Source: Amoebophrya sp. A120 (lineage: Eukaryota > Protista > Dinoflagellata). Taken from it: a stretch of 7,859 bases of DNA. A program made the translations under genes and the position numbers. Numbering within the stretch: the stretch's first letter is position 1; the number at the start of each line of letters is the position of its first letter. The notes under the pieces were generated by a model, which was given only the letters and a program-made list of their open reading frames with translations, had not been told where the DNA came from and did no database searches. The stretch spans positions 140,644 to 148,502 of the forward strand of contig CAJINV010000007.1 of the NCBI GenBank assembly GCA_905178155.1, read 5' to 3'. This document shows, piece after piece, positions 6,649-7,859 of this stretch.

Positions 6649-7383
6649 CCGGTCCTTCAACTTTTCAAACTTCAGCATGTACTCCTCTGCCAGCTTCTCC
6701 TTTTCCAGTTGCAGTGCCTGCTCTTTCTCAATCAGTGTGGCCTTCTCGAACCGCAACACTTCTTGCTCCAGTTCCAGCTCCGAGGCCAGTTCCCGATACT
6801 TCTTGAAGTCCGTGATTTCCAGTTCTTGCCCCTCAACACCGAATACCTCTTCAAACTGCTGCAGCCTTTGCTTCAGGCTGTGCTGCACCTTTTCCCGTTC
6901 TTGGTTGAACACGAGGAGCTCATTCTCCAGCTGTTGCCGGTTGGTCCGCAGATCTTCGCGTAAAACCTGCAGGTCCTGATTTTCGCATTCAAACTTTTCC
7001 TTGTCGAACAGCAGTTGTTGCTTCTCGTTGTCCACGTCAACTAAAAGGTTTCTTCTTTCCTGCTCCAGCTGCTCGCGTTCCGCGTTGAGCTCTTCCTCGA
7101 CCCGCTTTTTCGACGTTTCAAATTCCTCGTAGTCTTTCATGGCTTGTTCATACTTCTCCGTGAATTTCCGCTGTTCTTGATTCAAATTTGCCTCCTGGTC
7201 TTCCAAGAGCCGCTTGACGCGCGTTTCCTCCTGCTCCAGGTCCTGCTGGAGTTTCTGCTCTTTTTGTTCGTACTCGCGCTGCAACTTTTCTTCCTCGGTG
7301 AGAAACTCCTGCTTCAGGAACTCTTCCTGCTGCTCGAACTCTTGCCTCAACCGCTCGGACTCCTGGTCAAGCGCGGCTTGGTC
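6649..7383 (-). CDS. Coiled-coil/low-complexity protein, E/Q/K/L-rich coiled-coil exon (gene continues upstream beyond an intron)
   Basis: DQAALDQESERLRQEFEQQEEFLKQEF...EEYMLKFEKLKDR, a strongly helical charged composition. The ORF-track start at 7350 is a TTG. Coding character begins ~7383, and a possible CACAG| acceptor ends at 7383. The five exons total 1899 nt (~632 aa plus stop). Family not recognised. Confidence 0.9.
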
Positions 7384-7420
7384 TGTGATGTGGTTTTTTT
7401 TTTTGTGCGACAGTTCTGAA

Positions 7421-7859
7421 TCGCAATCACGACCAAATTCCCGGGGAGAAAACTCTCAACGCAGTAGAACTTGCAACCGGGGAGAACTCCCCGGTTGCAA
7501 ATTCGAAAAGGCGTCCCTTGTTAACAGCATACCACCGTGAATAACGAAGCAGCGGAAGCTTTTCGTAGTTTCGCGCAAAAGCGAAATGCTACACTTTTGA
7601 CTCGCAATCACGGTGGATATCTGAATAGAAAACTCTCAATGCAGAACTTGCAAACGGGGAGATCTCCCCGCTTGCAAGTTCGAGCACGGCGCCCCTGTGA
7701 CCAGAATACCACCGTGAATAGCGAAGCAGCGGAAGCTTTTCGTAGTTTCGCGCAAAACCGAAAAGCTACACTTTTGACTCGCAATCACAATGGATATCTG
7801 AAGAGAAAACTCTCAATGCAGAACTTGCAAACGGGGAGATCTCCCCGTTTGCAAGTTCG
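7421..7859. repeat. Tandem array of ~177-181-bp units, each with a 38-bp palindrome (2.5 copies visible, continues off the right edge)
   Basis: TCGCAATCAC unit starts at 7421, 7602 and 7779. Palindromes GAACTTGCAA.CGGGGAGA(T/A)CTCCCCG.TTGCAA(G/A)TTC lie at 7467-7504, 7644-7681 and 7821-7858. Probably intronic to the coiled-coil gene. Confidence 0.97.

Noticed and set aside
6538-7540. Plus-strand ORFs opposite the coiled-coil exon (also 1410-1811 and 5341-6357)
   Set aside because: They are antisense shadows with L/F/S/C-rich composition mirroring E/Q/K codons.

Overview
Eukaryotic, compact protist-like sequence with all genes on the minus strand. The intron architecture most resembles the parasitic dinoflagellate Amoebophrya (Syndiniales, strain A120-like); this is an inference. 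The main signal is a coiled-coil/low-complexity gene (~4354-7383, minus, 5'-incomplete) interrupted by four MITE-like introner elements of 262, 209, 316 and 324 bp. Each has 5'-TAT...ATA-3' terminal inverted repeats (TIRs) and a 5-bp target-site duplication (TSD). Removing each element plus one TSD copy joins five exons into one stop-free ~632-aa frame, but the implied intron ends are GT-GG, AT-AC, GT-CA and GT-TG, never GT-AG. Although their TIRs mostly differ, all four elements carry repeated copies of an 8-bp motif TGTNWTGC, often as direct pairs 31-33 bp apart. The window also holds a 129-bp tandem array with higher-order structure (1-765) and a ~177-181-bp array whose units carry a 38-bp palindrome (7421-7859). 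A solo 129-bp-family fragment is fused to TTTAGGG repeats (3448-3542). There is also a 434-aa ORF with a divergent PAS-like domain and an EEP/APE-like 'GTWNVKGL' exon running into the left array.
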